In this document: one piece after another, positions 26,701 through 40,299 of the stretch
Numbering within the stretch: the stretch's first letter is position 1
How the letters are laid out: every line of letters begins with the position of its first letter
From: Sphagnum compactum
Taxonomy: Eukaryota
DNA length: 64,000 bases
NCBI GenBank assembly: GCA_965153455.1
Contig: OZ234494.1
Coordinates: 1,240,001 to 1,304,000 of the forward strand
Reading direction: 5' to 3'
Notes under the pieces: model-generated
Told to the model about the DNA's origin: nothing
What the model saw: the letters and a program-made list of their open reading frames with translations, nothing else
Databases searched by the model: none
Program-made: the position numbers and the translations under genes

Positions 26701-29222
26701 TACTTCTTGCAAGCAACAAAGGAGAAAGATGACTGTTGCCTTCTTGGTATACATCACATACGGAGATTGGATTGGAAAAATCAATTAACAATGGCATATG
26801 CTCCTCATCCATCAATAAATGCACCTCTTGTGAGAATCATGCAGACTCCTTCAGCAGCCTATTACAATTAGCCCACCCATTTTTTCATTTCCTTCATCAT
26901 GACCTGAACTATTAATCATTTCCACCCAGTCTACTCTTGTTTTCAAGCCTCTTAATATTCTTCCTTCATGCCAACTTGTTCTGTCTTTCATATTCTCCAT
27001 CAAATCTCAGCATCATAACAGCCTATCCTATGCAGTATCACTACAGCACATGCCACCAGTTGCCTCTTTATTTGTGTTGATTATCAAAAGCCTCAGTTTA
27101 TGATCCTTGGAGGATTGCAGTCAGTCTACTGCAAAGTGCCATCCACAACAAGGAATGTGATTTTTGACAAAATGAAACTTCAACAAAATCTTGGAAACTT
27201 TCTTAAGACTTCAAAACCACGAGCAATTTCATATCTTTGTGACCATTGAGTCCCACAGTGCAAGATGAAACAAACTGCTGACAACAGTTGGTTAACTGCT
27301 ACCAGGGGCCTCAACTCATGAAGTTTTGTTGTGTTACATCAGGAAACAAGCACACAGTCTCTTACAGGTGCTGCCCCAAAAGTATCATAGGATGCCACAA
27401 TTGCAATGGTGGGTAGAACTGAATTGTCTCCCTCTGTGCGCAATCCTGGAAGCCACCCCTGCAGACCAATCCAATTGGCTATTACTGTAAACTAAAATCA
27501 AAGGACACAACATAGCATAAGAGCTCATTATCTCCTATCGCATACTCACTAACAACAGCAGTCAGACAACATAAACCCTGACACAAATTAGAACACATTC
27601 AATATCACAAGCATTCAAAGAACTGCTAAACCCAGAGACCTAAAACCCTAGGTTCAAGGCTCATTATGTCAACTTGCAGCTGCTTGCATTGAACAAAGGT
27701 TGGCACATACCTGGATGTTTGTGATTGTTGGTGGTGGTAGCTTTTTTGCATCAGCAACAGGTATGACTAACTTATAGCTGCACAGGATAACCAAGAAATC
27801 GTACAGTCACTGCAAGGCACCACCAATCACATATACTGCTCAAGAACACCAAAGAGTCCAGGCTGAGGCCCTTTGGATCCTCCTAAGAATGGACAAATTC
27901 CATTGAGGCAGAATATGATGCCAGAAACAGTATTCAATAACACAAGACCTCAAACAAACCAAGACAACCTACCCTCCAGTCATAGCTGTTGCAGGTCTAC
28001 CAGCAGCATCATTCACCACGACTTCCTTCAATATATTGATGAGGTTCTCATCCTCATAGGCAAAATACACAGGGTACTGCATCAAACTCCCCCCAAACCC
28101 CAAACCCACATCCATCAACTTCCCAATTCGCAATCTTCTGGAGCTCCAACAAATCCGCAAATCAAGAGACTGTGAAACAGTTATGTCTCCTCAAACTGAA
28201 ATACATCAGAATGTCAAAGACAGCAATTTCTACTATGCCCTAAAACCTCTCTCACGGTTTCTTCCCAGTGTGCATACCGGGAGATTATTATGGATAAGCC
28301 ACTGCTCCACTTCTGCAATGTGTTTCCTGACCACAGTGTAGTTGTCGTCACCATCCCCTTCACTGTCTGAGTCAGTTGGACTACCATAATCATGAGGGAA
28401 CAACAGCAACAGCCCCCCTAGAAGGCGCTTGCTTTGCAGATACTCTGCACATATAAAAATCCAGACATCAAACATACATCACCAACAACACCCGCCCACC
28501 TTCAAAAACAGAAGATCTATGATGCATCATACAATACAACACCTTTAAAAAGAGGACTGATGCCATTTGGACTGTGGCTGGTAACTAGGGTGCCTGCTGT
28601 AGGATCAGAGCTTCCTTGCAGGAGCAGGAGGTGGAATCTAGCAGGGCATAATAAATACAGCAAAAAGCCCTCTGAGGATTCAGCAGCCTCTAGGTTACTG
28701 ATGTGAACACCATCCCATGGTAGCTCAATCAACTACGAAAACTGAATCTAGTATGCACCTGGAACAGCCATAACCACAACAACTTCTGCAAGATAGCCAT
28801 AAACCCTAACACAGTGGTAGAAGGAGGGGGAGATACCAGCTTGATAAAACCTAAAATGGATGCCACGAAGAGAGAGAGAGAGAGAGAGAGGGGGAAAAAA
28901 AAAAAAAACTGCTTACTACTATAGCAGAGCTGGTTTCAGAGGCAAGTGCATACACACCATTAAGCATAGTGATATTAGCTTCAGCGATGGGGAGGATGAT
29001 GACGGTGCGCGAGAGGTCAGAGCCGGGCACCGCCAGGTTTGAAGAGGCATGATGATTCATCGCAGCACGCCTGGATCCTAAAGGCACACCACGCAAGTCG
29101 TATTGAATCATGCGGTAAACCTCCACTACCGCTGCGGCATCCGCCACTACCACGCCCACCACAAGCGCCACTAGTGCAACCGCAGCTTGCCATAGAACTC
29201 TGTCCCGCACTCCGATCGCCAT
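23791..29222 (-). CDS. NCLN: Nicalin (M28-like ER membrane protein), 14 exons: 29222-28958, 28444-28278, 28076-27973, 27777-27711, 27458-27366, 26646-26482, 26253-26113, 25800-25723, 25386-25274, 25127-25067, 24678-24511, 24371-24270, 24100-24011, 23853-23791 (~558 aa)
   Basis: Signal peptide, VYRMIQYD, PTIAIVASYDTFGAAP, GSDNSGSGV, VAWEHEQF, C-terminal TM VASVTFDL... and tail RRPPSRKVK; all introns GT-AG, frame continuous. Confidence 0.93.
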
Positions 29223-29802
29223 GCTCACAAACTCCGTTTGCTCACCTGCCCTCTCTCCCTCCCTCCCTTCCTTCCTCCCTCCCTCGCTTCCCCCGCTTCC
29301 TTCCTTGAGCGCCTTTGTGTTAGAAAAAGAAAGGGGAGAAGCAAATGCAATTTTGGAACAAGCGTTTTGTTCGCAAGTGCATGTTTCAAAATGAGGACTG
29401 AAGGAAAGTGGCGAAACTTTCGCCAAAAAGAGAAATTGATTTTTTTTTAAAAATAAGAAATGAAGTGATTCTGGCGTGTTTCAATAGCCAGAAATAAGTT
29501 AATACCAATAATACTAATAACTACAATCGCCATATTTTTATATTTTGTTTTAGTTTGTATAGCCATATAAATATAGAAGGTTGATTTTTAAATATGTATT
29601 TCATATTTGGTTTCTATTTAGCAATGTTTGGCTAAAATCTTCCTAAGGATGATAACTAGTTTTTTTACATCTTCCTAAGGATGATCTTCATTTAGGCTAC
29701 ATTAAAATAAATTCCTAACCAGTGGTTACATGTTGTGTTTATAGTTGCCTCTCTCTCCCTCTACGGGAAAGACTACGGAACCTTACTATGGTTACCTACG
29801 TA

Positions 29803-30035
29803 GTTTTCACTTGGTCCCACATTTCGAGGAATTTTCACCACGTGTTACTATGAACTTAACCAATGGTGAGTTAATTTTTTCATCCAACTTTTTTCATTTG
29901 ATCTCACATTTTGAGGAATGTTCAACCATGTGTTATTATTATGAACTACCCAATGGTGAGTAAAAATGTTTTAGAAATTTCATCCAACATTTTTCATTCG
30001 GTCTCTCATTTTGAGAGGAACATTCATCAGGTGTT
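29803..30035. repeat. About three imperfect ~100-bp tandem copies (core TTTTCAYTYGRTCYCACATTTYGAGGAA...CCAATGGTGAGT)
   Basis: Cores visible at ~29803, ~29891 and ~29991. Confidence 0.65.
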
Positions 30036-30589
30036 AGTATCAACTCTAAGTGCGATTTTTTTCTTTTTCTTATTTTTTCTTTCACAACTTCTCTTTCCAA
30101 AAATTTTGCACATTTTATGATAGCTCAATCCTAACCACAAGATGTATCACAATATGTTAAAAATTTGGGATCTCTTTCCCAACATCATTGTTTTGATATG
30201 AGTATCATGTGTTTTAGGGTGTAAGTTGCAAACTCCATTGTGCTTTGCAAGGTAGGAAACAACTACATCATCTATCTAGTTAAAGAGGGTGGCATTTCAA
30301 TATTGGTATCATGGTGTAAATTTCAAGCTTGGAAATGGAATGAAAGGCTATGAGTAAATATTATGTGTTTTCTTCCTTAAGCTCAACTAGGGCTAAAACA
30401 CAAGATTTAGAAAATACTTCTTTTTTTTTTAAACAAACAATGTTTTAGATACATTTATGATCCAAGCTTCCATTTCCATAGAATTTTTTTGTTTTTCATG
30501 TCACTAGTTCAATTTTCTTTCAAGGTGCCAATTTGTGTCTGTTGTTATGTTCAAGGATGGCGATTGGTGTCATTATTGTGATGTTTATT

Positions 30590-30830
30590 TTTAGTTTTAG
30601 TTCACTTTAAATTAACTTTTAGTTCAATCTAATTAAGTCTTAGTTAACTCCAAATTAATTCCCAGTTAACTCCCAGTCAACTTCGAATTAAATCATAATT
30701 AAATCCTAATTAACTCCTAGTTAAGTTTTAGTTAATTATTTGTTAAACTTTAATTAACTCCCAATTGACTCCTAATTAAATCCCAGCTAACTTTCAATTA
30801 AGTTTTAGTTAATTCATAATTGCCTTTCAA
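30590..30830. repeat. Degenerate 11-bp minisatellite (consensus ~TTAACTCCTAR), ~20 units
   Basis: Successive units ttaactcccag, tcaacttcgaa, ttaaatcataa, ttaaatcctaa, ttaactcctag, ttaagttttag... Confidence 0.75.
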
Positions 30831-31399
30831 TTACAAACGGTCAAAAAAAAAATTATTCAATGTTCACATAAAAACCTCTTTGGAAACTTTTTTGAACTAA
30901 ATCCCCAAAGAGGTATAAATAAAAGTAGGACCTTTCATTTCTTTCAATATGTTCAACATTAGTTTTAAGCACAATTTTACACCATAGCCTTGTCATGTTC
31001 TTTTCAAGTTCATGTTTGTATACATTAACAAAATAAAGATTTGTTTTCATATTGTCTTGCACATCTTGTGTTCTTGTTCTTAGTTTTTATGTTCTTGTTT
31101 TTTAATCACATAATCTTGTTTTGTTCCTTATTTGAAAGTAAGACTTAGACCTTTCCCTTAACTTTTGTGTTTAAGGTTCTTCATGTCCATGACACATTGG
31201 GTACATATTTATGCAATCACAATTTAATATAATCACCAATCCTTGCATTTATAGATTGGAATTCCCATTTATGCCAATTGGGTTATCACATAGTTGGTGA
31301 CTGAAATTTTAAACCAACTTATATTTAAATAATGTGTTTCAAATCATACTATAAGGGCATATAAGTTGTTGTTTAATGTTTTATATGATGTAATTGCAT

Positions 31400-32190
31400 C
31401 AGCATGAAGATTCAAGTTGAGTACAATTCCAAGGTAGCCATTATTCCTCCTTTAACATTGGAAAATTTTATGGAAAATTGAAAATCCTACATGTTAAGAT
31501 GGTTGTTGAAGCCATGCATGTCTTGTAACTTTTTGTGCATTTTTTGTTCAATTTGATATGGCTATGGCCTGTAACATGTAATTGGTGTTCAAGTTAGAAC
31601 TTAAATACAAGTCTTTAATGTGTGTCATAGATCTAATTGGGAAGGACATAACTAATTGGGTTGAAATGGAAAATTATGATATGAAAATTTTAATTATATT
31701 TTTGGCAATGGTTTCAAGTCTTTTAATCATGGTCATGTAGATACACCTTCTTGAAAGCCATTTGTTACATATGATTGATTGTTTGGTGTTCTTACATCCA
31801 AAAAACAAGTTGGTGAAGGCTTGTTGATATAAATTGTCCTTATTTTGTCATATTATTATTTTAGAGGTTCAAACATGAGAAGTCCTCTTGCTTGGTGGAA
31901 GAAACATGAATATCAATAATTGATTGTTAGATTCTAATTAACACAACAAATCCTTGGAATTTCAAAAATCCAAATGCATTTTAACATCGTCAATATTTTG
32001 ACTAGTTTAATGAACTACCAGTCATGTTCAATAACTTGGATGCACTAGTCATGATATACAAAAATTCATTTAACAATGTGAACCACAATTATCCTTTCAT
32101 CAAACAAGGTGTCATTGAGTTTTTTTTTTGCAAAAAACAAATTGTTTGGTGAACACAAAACTGAGTTTTAAAAACAAGGTTACTTTGACA
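31400..32190 (+). mobile_element. hAT transposase C-terminal dimerisation domain remnant
   Basis: PLAWWKKHEYQ*...QQILGIS...FNIVNILTSL around 31884-32010, resembling hAT dimerisation consensus PLxWW...LARQILGIP; multiple stops. Confidence 0.7.
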
Positions 32191-34211
32191 ATGAATCACA
32201 AGTTTGTGCTTTTGTGTCCATTTAAATTAATAAATTTTTAATCAATATCTAGTAACCCATGGATTTTCAAGTGCAATATTTTATTCAAATTTTTTTTAAT
32301 TGTAAATTATAGGTATAATATTGTGAACCATATTGTTGAACAAGCCTATTATTTGTTGATGTTAAATTCCATGTTATGTTTGTGTTTCGTAGCTTTAATC
32401 ATCCATTAATGATAATTTGGAACATTTTTTATTTTCTTTTTGGGAATGCTTGTGTTTGGCAACATTAATAGATGACCAATGATGCATTTTTGTTGAACTT
32501 GGAACCTTTGTAGATCAATTATGTCTTGGTGTTTGTGTTGGTTATTTTTGAAGATTCATTAATGTTGAAACCTTTATGAGAATTAACTTTGTTGTTTCAT
32601 CATGTTTGTTAGCCTCAATAGGTGATCAATGATGCATTTGTGTTGAACTTGGGACCTTTATAAACAATATTGTTGTGGAAAGTGTGCAAGTTATTTTTCA
32701 TGATTTGTGAATGATTTTTTTCTTCAACGTGGGACCCTTTTAGATTTATTTTTTGTATGATCATGGATGCAATCACAATCCAATGAACCAAAAAGGGTGT
32801 TGGACCACAAAGAAAGATAATCAAAATAAAAGAGATGTTTATGTTTTATCATTTGAAACTACGAAAATAATGGCAAATTGTTGTTTTTTCATTTATATGA
32901 ACGTCAAAAAATTCAAACAAAAAATCCATTTGATAAAATTTAGATTTAAATTTAAATTTAGAACCTTTGAAAGCGAACACCTATTGTTTCAAAAGGAATC
33001 AATTTTCAAAGGACTATCAAAAGGATTCATACAATAAAAACAATTGATGGGAAAAATATTAAGAGGATAAAAACCCATTAATCACATTGAAAAAACACTC
33101 ATACTTTAAAATATGTGGAATTCTAACACAACAACACATTATAGGTTTTTGGACCAGTCAAAGAAACGATCTTTTTCCTTTTTAATTACAAATATATCTA
33201 CTTGGTCACATAAATCACTATGTAGTTACAAAGGCCATTGAGATGTCATGTGATGTCATAGTTATTCAACTATGCTGACTAGTGGGTTTTTTTGGATAAA
33301 TATATTATTATACTTGAAATTATAATAAGATGTTTTAAGTAAATGAAAATTTTTTAAATTAAAAATATTCTAGCTTTTGTGACTAGAATAACAACATTTA
33401 GTCTCACAACATGATGATGTAGCATTCCATGTGGAAATAAAATACTTGACTATTAATCAACGTGATGATTCATATTCTACTTTAGTCCACTTTTGTGATT
33501 AATAACGACTCAATTTCCCATGATGATGACATGGCATGCTATATGCCAATAAGATGATGTGACTATTCGTCAACATCATGATTCATATCATTGATTCGAT
33601 GAATTAATTTCATTTATTAGCTAGGCATGTAGATGCAAGTTACGGTGGCTCATTTTTATGATGAAACGGTGTTTTTTCCTTGGGTACCCTTTATTCAAAT
33701 GCGTGTGGTGATTATTATATCTTTAGATTTAATAATTGGGACTTGGATCTAAACTAACAACTTCATTCCAAAAAGAACTATGTGATTATTTATTGATAAA
33801 AAATTTATTCGTTAATAGTAATGGACTTTTGAAATCAAAAAATATATATTTTAAATTTTTTCCTCAAAAAATTAGCATAATTCCAATGATGATAATTCAT
33901 TAGAACTGGCTTAGGTACACATGACAACTTTATGTTCCTTTATTTTCTTCTGGATAATTCCATAAGTTGTGCTTTTAAAAGTTTCAAATAAAAATTTATT
34001 TTGTCAATTCTCAAGTGAAGTGCAATGAAAATGTGTTTGATTGAATCTGAGTTTTTTTTACACCATAATCACAAGAATTTTTTTAATACATTATGCTCAA
34101 ATTTACATCCAATTTCTCTTCAATTGAATATGGATCCAATTTAATTTGAATTTGAATTCCATATGATGTATTTGAATTAAATTTTAAAAATTGAATTATA
34201 TATAGAAATTT

Positions 34212-34294
34212 GAAGGTTTTCCTTTTGGTACCTTCTGGATATTGAATGCCCACTCAAAATTGGTAGGTCACTTGGTACCAAAAGGAAAACCTTC
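34212..34294. repeat. Perfect 21-bp inverted repeat with 41-nt spacer (very small MITE-like foldback)
   Basis: GAAGGTTTTCCTTTTGGTACC (34212-34232) and exact reverse complement (34274-34294). Confidence 0.8.
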
Positions 34295-35690
34295 CCTTAC
34301 ATAAAAACCTGGTTAAATTTTTTTTCCATTTAAAAGATTTTTTTTAGCTTTGTTTTAGCCTTTTTTTTTTCTCTCGATACAAAAAGCGGATTAAACTAGG
34401 GGAGTAGGCACATGTTTTAATGATTACTTTAACCTTTTAAATTTTTTATTTTAATTATTAGCCAAATATGGTTAATAACCAAGATATATGAACTTTTTAT
34501 ATAAAATTATGACAATTTGTTTTTTAATATTTAGCCAAATATGGCAATTAACTATAACATTTAAACTTATATAAGAAAATTATGGCTATGGGTAGTTTTC
34601 ACACACAATTTTATTTTTAAAATTTTGCCAAAAAATGAACATCTTGCCGTTTTATTTGTCCTTAACCTAAAGTTTAGTCGCTTTAAGGCGAATCTAACAA
34701 GGAGGTTCCCTTGCATAATGATGAAGACACATTTAATACCTTTCTTTTTTTATATTATTTTAGGTCATTTCTGAAATAGCCAAAATGACAATTACCTTTA
34801 GGAATATTTTTTAAAAATTTCAATTTTACTTAAAAGATGTAGCCAAATATGGTTATTAACCTTGAAATCTAAAGTTTTCCTTCATGCACTTCATGATTTT
34901 TTCGAAGTCATTGTTCAAACTTCTTGTATGCAATTCATATATTTTTTTTTAAGGCATTGCTCATATGATGAGACTATGCTTCTATTGAATATTTTTCATA
35001 CATTTTGGAAATATCAATTTTGGTATATTTGTATTTAAAAAACTTTTGCCTTGTTGCTTGTTGTTGCTGGTTGTTTCTTCAAACAGTGCGTTCATTTGAA
35101 ATTTTAATTTTTTCTTAATTTTTTAAAAATTTCAATTTAAAAAAAGTTATAGCTGTAAAAATCAGAAATTAGTTTAATCAAAATTTAAAAAGAAAAGAAA
35201 AGTCAAAAAAGAAAGAAAAGAAAAAAAATTATGAAAAAAAAAAAATCCGTAAAAAGTTTGGTATCCCTACATTCTACATTTTAGAGTCGTGTGTGAAGTC
35301 CATTATAGAAACATTTTTGGCATAACTAAAGGATCCAAGTCACTTAGGCTTCGCCATGCTACTCACCATGACTGTGAAGGATCCACTTGGGCTTATAAAT
35401 ATAAGGAATTGAACCCCTCACTTTCATAATGATAAAGTAAGTCTTTACTAATGGATTACATTTTGAAAAGATGAAAATTTTTGTTAACTTTTTTTATTTC
35501 ACATCATTATTTGTGTAGGTACATAAAAAAAATGGGTATGTAAGTATGTAAGAAATAGAAAGTAAGTAGGTAGGTAGACCTAAGTATAAGGTAGGTAAGT
35601 AGGTAAATATGCCTAAATTACCTACCTACTTAAATATATCTATTTTGACGCACCCTCACACTTTTTGAAAGACTCAAATGCGAATTCAAA

Positions 35691-35861
35691 GTGAAAACAA
35701 CGTAAGAAGGAATCAAGGTACGCTCCCTAGCTCGCAGCATTTTGAGGGTGAAAACAACGTAAGAAAGAATCAGGGTACATTCCCTAGCTCACAACATTTT
35801 GAGGGTGAAAACAACGTAAGAAGAAATCAGGGTACGTTCCTTAGCTCGCAGCATTTTGAGG
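35691..35861. repeat. 3 x 57-bp tandem repeat inside a probable truncated LTR 5' end (TG start at 35646)
   Basis: Units start at 35691, 35748 and 35805; they translate as 19-aa repeats ENNVRRNQGTLPSSQHFEG. LTR identity is inference. Confidence 0.85.
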
Positions 35862-35885
35862 GAGAGAGATGTGCTAGAGCTTAGC

Positions 35886-36022
35886 CACCACCTATTTTCA
35901 ATTTAGTATGTTCAAGGTATTAAGAATCAAATTTAGGGTTTATAGTTTGTTGTGCACCACCTATTTTCAATTTAGTATGTTCAAGGTATTGAGAATCAAA
36001 GTTAGGGTTTATAGTTTGTTGT
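35886..36022. repeat. Tandem direct duplication, period 69 bp
   Basis: CACCACCTATTTTCAATTTAGTATG...GTTTATAGTTTGTTGT at 35886 and 35955 with 2 mismatches. Confidence 0.85.
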
Positions 36023-37495
36023 CTTGAGGCATTTAGGGGTTTTTTTTTCCCCCCCCCCTTTTGGTTTGTTTGTCCCATATTTTGTCCCATATGGAGTATT
36101 TACAATTCACATGAGTTTGATGTTAGCACTAATGGGATTCAAGAGTTGATACACAGTTGTGATGAATTTGTGATGATTATAAATTAGGATGTTTTGTTGC
36201 AGTGGCCTTCGTGAAAGTAAATATGTTGTTTTCCTATGTTTTTGTCCATTCTGAATGAGCTTTGAATAGTGCTGTGAAGGATGTGCTCAGGAATTTCAAG
36301 TGGGTGTATGAGCACCGAGTTCACCATTGCCACCATCAGTGGGATACAGCAAGAAGGTTAACAAATGTCACAGTTGCAGCAGACCGATCCTCCATAAATG
36401 GAGCCCAATCGTCTGTGATGCTTGCCCACTGGTATGAGGTACCCTTGCGCCAGCCTTCTTCCTTTATATTCATTTTTGGATAATGCATGGTCATGGAGAA
36501 GGTTATGGAATGGTCAGTAGGTGGCACTTCTTCAGCATGTGATATAGTTGGCTCATCAACAATTGCATTACAGAGTACAAGTATGCATTTGTAGATTTGA
36601 AGCAGCTGGACTAAAATTAGCATTATGATCATTCTCTAGAGTGCAACCATACCATTGTTGAACCACCATTCTAGCCCAATGAAATTGTTTTGGATGACAT
36701 CTTGTTTGATGTTTTACCAACCCCTTGGCACTCAACATGGTCGTGGGGAGGAAATTAAGCCTTTTGACATGTGCAATGTGAGCAGTAGCCAGAGGGTTTG
36801 ATTGTTGGCCATCAAAGTGTCTGCATCAGGCCCTTAGTTTTTTGCTAGCATAATTTCATACCTTGGGGGTTGTTGTCGGTAGCTGCATGTGTATGGGTGG
36901 ACCTAGTTTGATGAAGGGAATGAGAAGGAAAAGAAGAATGATTGGAAAAACCAGACAGGTGTTTGAGGATGTCTGACAAGTGCATGAAATGATGGGTAAT
37001 GCAGGAAGGTTGTGGAACATGTTGTTCTCTTCCAGATGAAAGAGGACTTCAATGACGAGCAAGAGAAAGACATGCTTGATCATCTCTTCACCCTCCAATA
37101 CCGTTTCCATGGCATTCTGGCTTTTTCTTTGGGTGCGTGTTTCGGAAAGCACCCTTCATTTTCTTGAAGTAAAAGTACAGGATTGAAATAGAGCACTCCT
37201 TGGCAGAAGGTACAGACTGGTGAAGGTCTAGGGGAACCTGAACTGCCAACTGTATGCAGGTTAGGCATATTTTTTGAGATGAGCAGCCTTAGGGTCCACC
37301 CTTGAGATACTGGTATCAGTGCCAGTCTAAGAGGAGGTAGCCTTGAAAGGGGGATAGTCTGCCTTATGCAATCAAATTACTTGGAGCTACTGCATCTCTG
37401 AAACTCAACATTTATTCTAACTTGGAAGTGAACAGAGGGCAATGAGCCATAAACCTTATACCCTAAAACCTTGCTGACGGGGTCCTGCTGTACAG

Positions 37496-39562
37496 GTCGA
37501 GTGGGAGGAAGGACTCCTGAAGGTGTGACTCATGCACTTTGTGAGCGATTTCCATCCAAGGAAACTTTGGAGCAGCACATGCAGCATCCTGCTCGGCTGA
37601 AAGTTGCTGAAGAACTCATCATTCCTTACTGCAATGTATGCACCCAGAATGTTGCTTCATTTGATAGGCTATCATACAGATTTCACCTAGCCATATCTCA
37701 CATTTTCTGCTGTGCAGTAGTTGCTTCACCTTATTCCTGGAACAACTGACCCAAGTGTTTGCATGATTATCACTTATACCTCATCATGGAAAGATTTAGG
37801 AGGATTTGCTGGAGGGATCATGTTCCCTCTCCACATCTATGCTGATGAAATTGGAAGAGATGCACGTGGGGATCTGCAGGGATTGATAAGTGCAGACTTT
37901 GAAGCAGAAGTGGAAGATGCCATTGAACCCATCTTCAGGCGTGGTGATGTAAGTTTTTATGAGCTTCTTAAGAATGCCTTGTGATTCTAGTCACGATTGA
38001 AGATTTGCCTCCCAGAAAGCATTCAGCAGTCAGTGTGTATGTTTTCAAGAACTTTGATGGATATTTGGATGCAGCAACTTTCTCTTGGTTCCCTTATCAT
38101 TTAAGCTTCACCCATGGCTTGCTGGTGAAGTATCTCTTACGCTATGAAGAAACAGAAAGTGGAAGAAGGCAAGAAGTGATGAAATGTGGGGCTGGCAGGA
38201 CTTTCAACAAGGGATTGAGCATGTAGTCTTCATTAAGGTGTGGGAAGGCACCAGCCAAGCACGTGCCAGTAGAATGTTAGAAGCTTTTAACAACTTGCCG
38301 GATCAGCTTGAATCATCAATTCTTGTCCAACTTACTGCAGGTGAAGAGAACCTGTTTCATTCACGTGGATATGAATATCGCCTAATCTGTACACCATATC
38401 TGACTAGCATGGAGTCAGAAATTTCTGGGTTTAGTGTGAGTGTTAGTTAGAATTTTTCTGATAATCTGAAATGCTAGTTGATACATGATAATAAGAAATT
38501 ATCCACTTTGCTCAACTGCATGAACTGGTTAAGTTCATGGTTTATGATTTGGCAAATATCTCTTGTGTGATGAGTCTTACTTTGCCAAATCTGACATACA
38601 GAGGGCCTGTAAATTACATCTGCTTCCATTCTGATGTTCAGTGGCTATTATGTGGACTTGTGCCTAGATTTAACTAATCTCTGTGACTGTTTGGTGTTCT
38701 CCAGGGGCCAATTTTTCTGAGCGCAGTAATGGCTATACACATGCCATTGTAGCTCGGCTACCTTCAGGTTTGTTCTAGCTAACTTCTGCAGATTTTGATA
38801 TTCACTCTTTTGCAAATATGATTGTTCTGACACTGGTTGTTGGACAGAATCCTTTTTCTCCTTGAGCTCATTTAACCTATAGGAAGGCTTGTCAGTGTTG
38901 TACTGTAGCTTTAGCAGTCATGAGATTTGACTCAAAGTTGTGTCTGAGATACAAGAATTGTGTGGGTGGATTAAGAGAGCAGGCTCTAGACAGTTTCAGC
39001 AAGCATGCTGCTTATGTTAGGGTAAGCTTCTCTGCATCGTACAATATGAGTGACTCCATGACTGGAATATTGTCATTTGGTTTGAGGAGTCACAGAATGC
39101 CACAGAAGAGATGTCCAGACTTTAATGTCTGTATGTGATTCTGTTGTTAGTCTAAAGTGTATGATAAATGTGTCCACACTACAGTAGACCAGCAAAGAGT
39201 TCATCTGGCCTGCTTCTTGTCTTGGGGGGTCCAGGATATTACCCTAGCCCTGGATCCAGGGAAACTATGCTTGAAAGTTGGCTACTCAGTACATGTTGCT
39301 TATCTATCCTTTCACCATAGTCTGCAGAGGCCAGCTAGAGACACTGTCTTGGAAGTATTGCACACATTTAGTGGAAATGGTCTGCAATTTGCTGTGTTAT
39401 GATGGTGATTTTGGATGTTGGTTTTGGTCAGAACTTATGAAATAATGAGCAATTTTGTTGTGATGAAAACAGGTGTTTATAGAGAATGTGCTACCAATCA
39501 GTGCAGGAATTTTATCAGGTGATTTTATGGTTGACCCTGTGACAAAGTCAAAACCTTTGTAG
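37496..39562 (+). CDS. Stress-responsive A/B barrel (two Dabb domains) protein, 5'-incomplete; exons 37496-37635, 37880-37948, 38199-38340, 38705-38767, 38978-39021, 39473-39562
   Basis: GVTHALCERFPSKETLEQHMQHPARL, IEHVVFIKV, LTAGANFSERSNGYTHAIVARL, ALDSFSKHAAY; exons phase-compatible to TAG 39560-39562. No start-containing exon found. Confidence 0.78.
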
Positions 39563-40299
39563 AGAATTTAAAATGACCATCTACAGAGGATCTTGGATGC
39601 AGTCTCCAGTTTCAAAAGATGACATTCATTTTTTATGAGAGCATAGAGTGTTCTAGCCATTTGCTTGAATCACCCCTTTGAGTTTAGTGATCCTCCTTAC
39701 AGGATCCTCTCGAGTTTAGTTCCATTCTTCGAAGAACCTTCCCATCTGGTGGAGAAGTGCAGCAACACAAGGCACAACTATAGTTCTTCAGATGGCAAAT
39801 GGTCCTCTTCTCCAAACTTTGGTGTAGGTGGGCAGCCATCAAAGTCTCTATTAACATCTGTCTAAAGGGTGGCTGGGCTACCTTCCAAGTCTCAATACTT
39901 GGTAAATTTACAAAGCTGCACAAGTTTACTATGGTCCCTGGTATGCCTGTTTGCTACTGTTACTTCTACTGGCACTCTGGGTCACTCATTTTAGGAAATT
40001 CCTTGCAAATTCTAGCCTTAAAATTGTGCATCTTTGTTTCCCAACATCTTCAAATTAGTGTAATGGTTGTACAATTTGCATAGTGGTTGTACCCTTGATG
40101 GCAAACTGGAGTGCACAATCAGGAGAGGTAAAGGAATTGTGTAACATGTTTAGTTAATTTAAATGCAAAATGAATTCTCTATGAGGGAGTCTTTGGTTGT
40201 TCTTAATGATGTAACCCTACCAAACTTTATTGGAAAATAGAAGGCAACAGTAGTACAAAAGGAGAGGACCTAGGTCCTACTTGAATTGCTGTGAGTTAG

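Noticed and set aside
29223-29426. N-terminal extension of nicalin given by the ORF track
   Set aside because: Non-ATG start; ATG 29222 directly precedes a signal peptide.
33135-33665. Possible second CACTA-like element
   Set aside because: Ends only loosely inverted and no convincing TSD.
35691-35861. CRISPR-like array
   Set aside because: Units are contiguous 57-bp copies without unique spacers; eukaryotic context and no cas genes.
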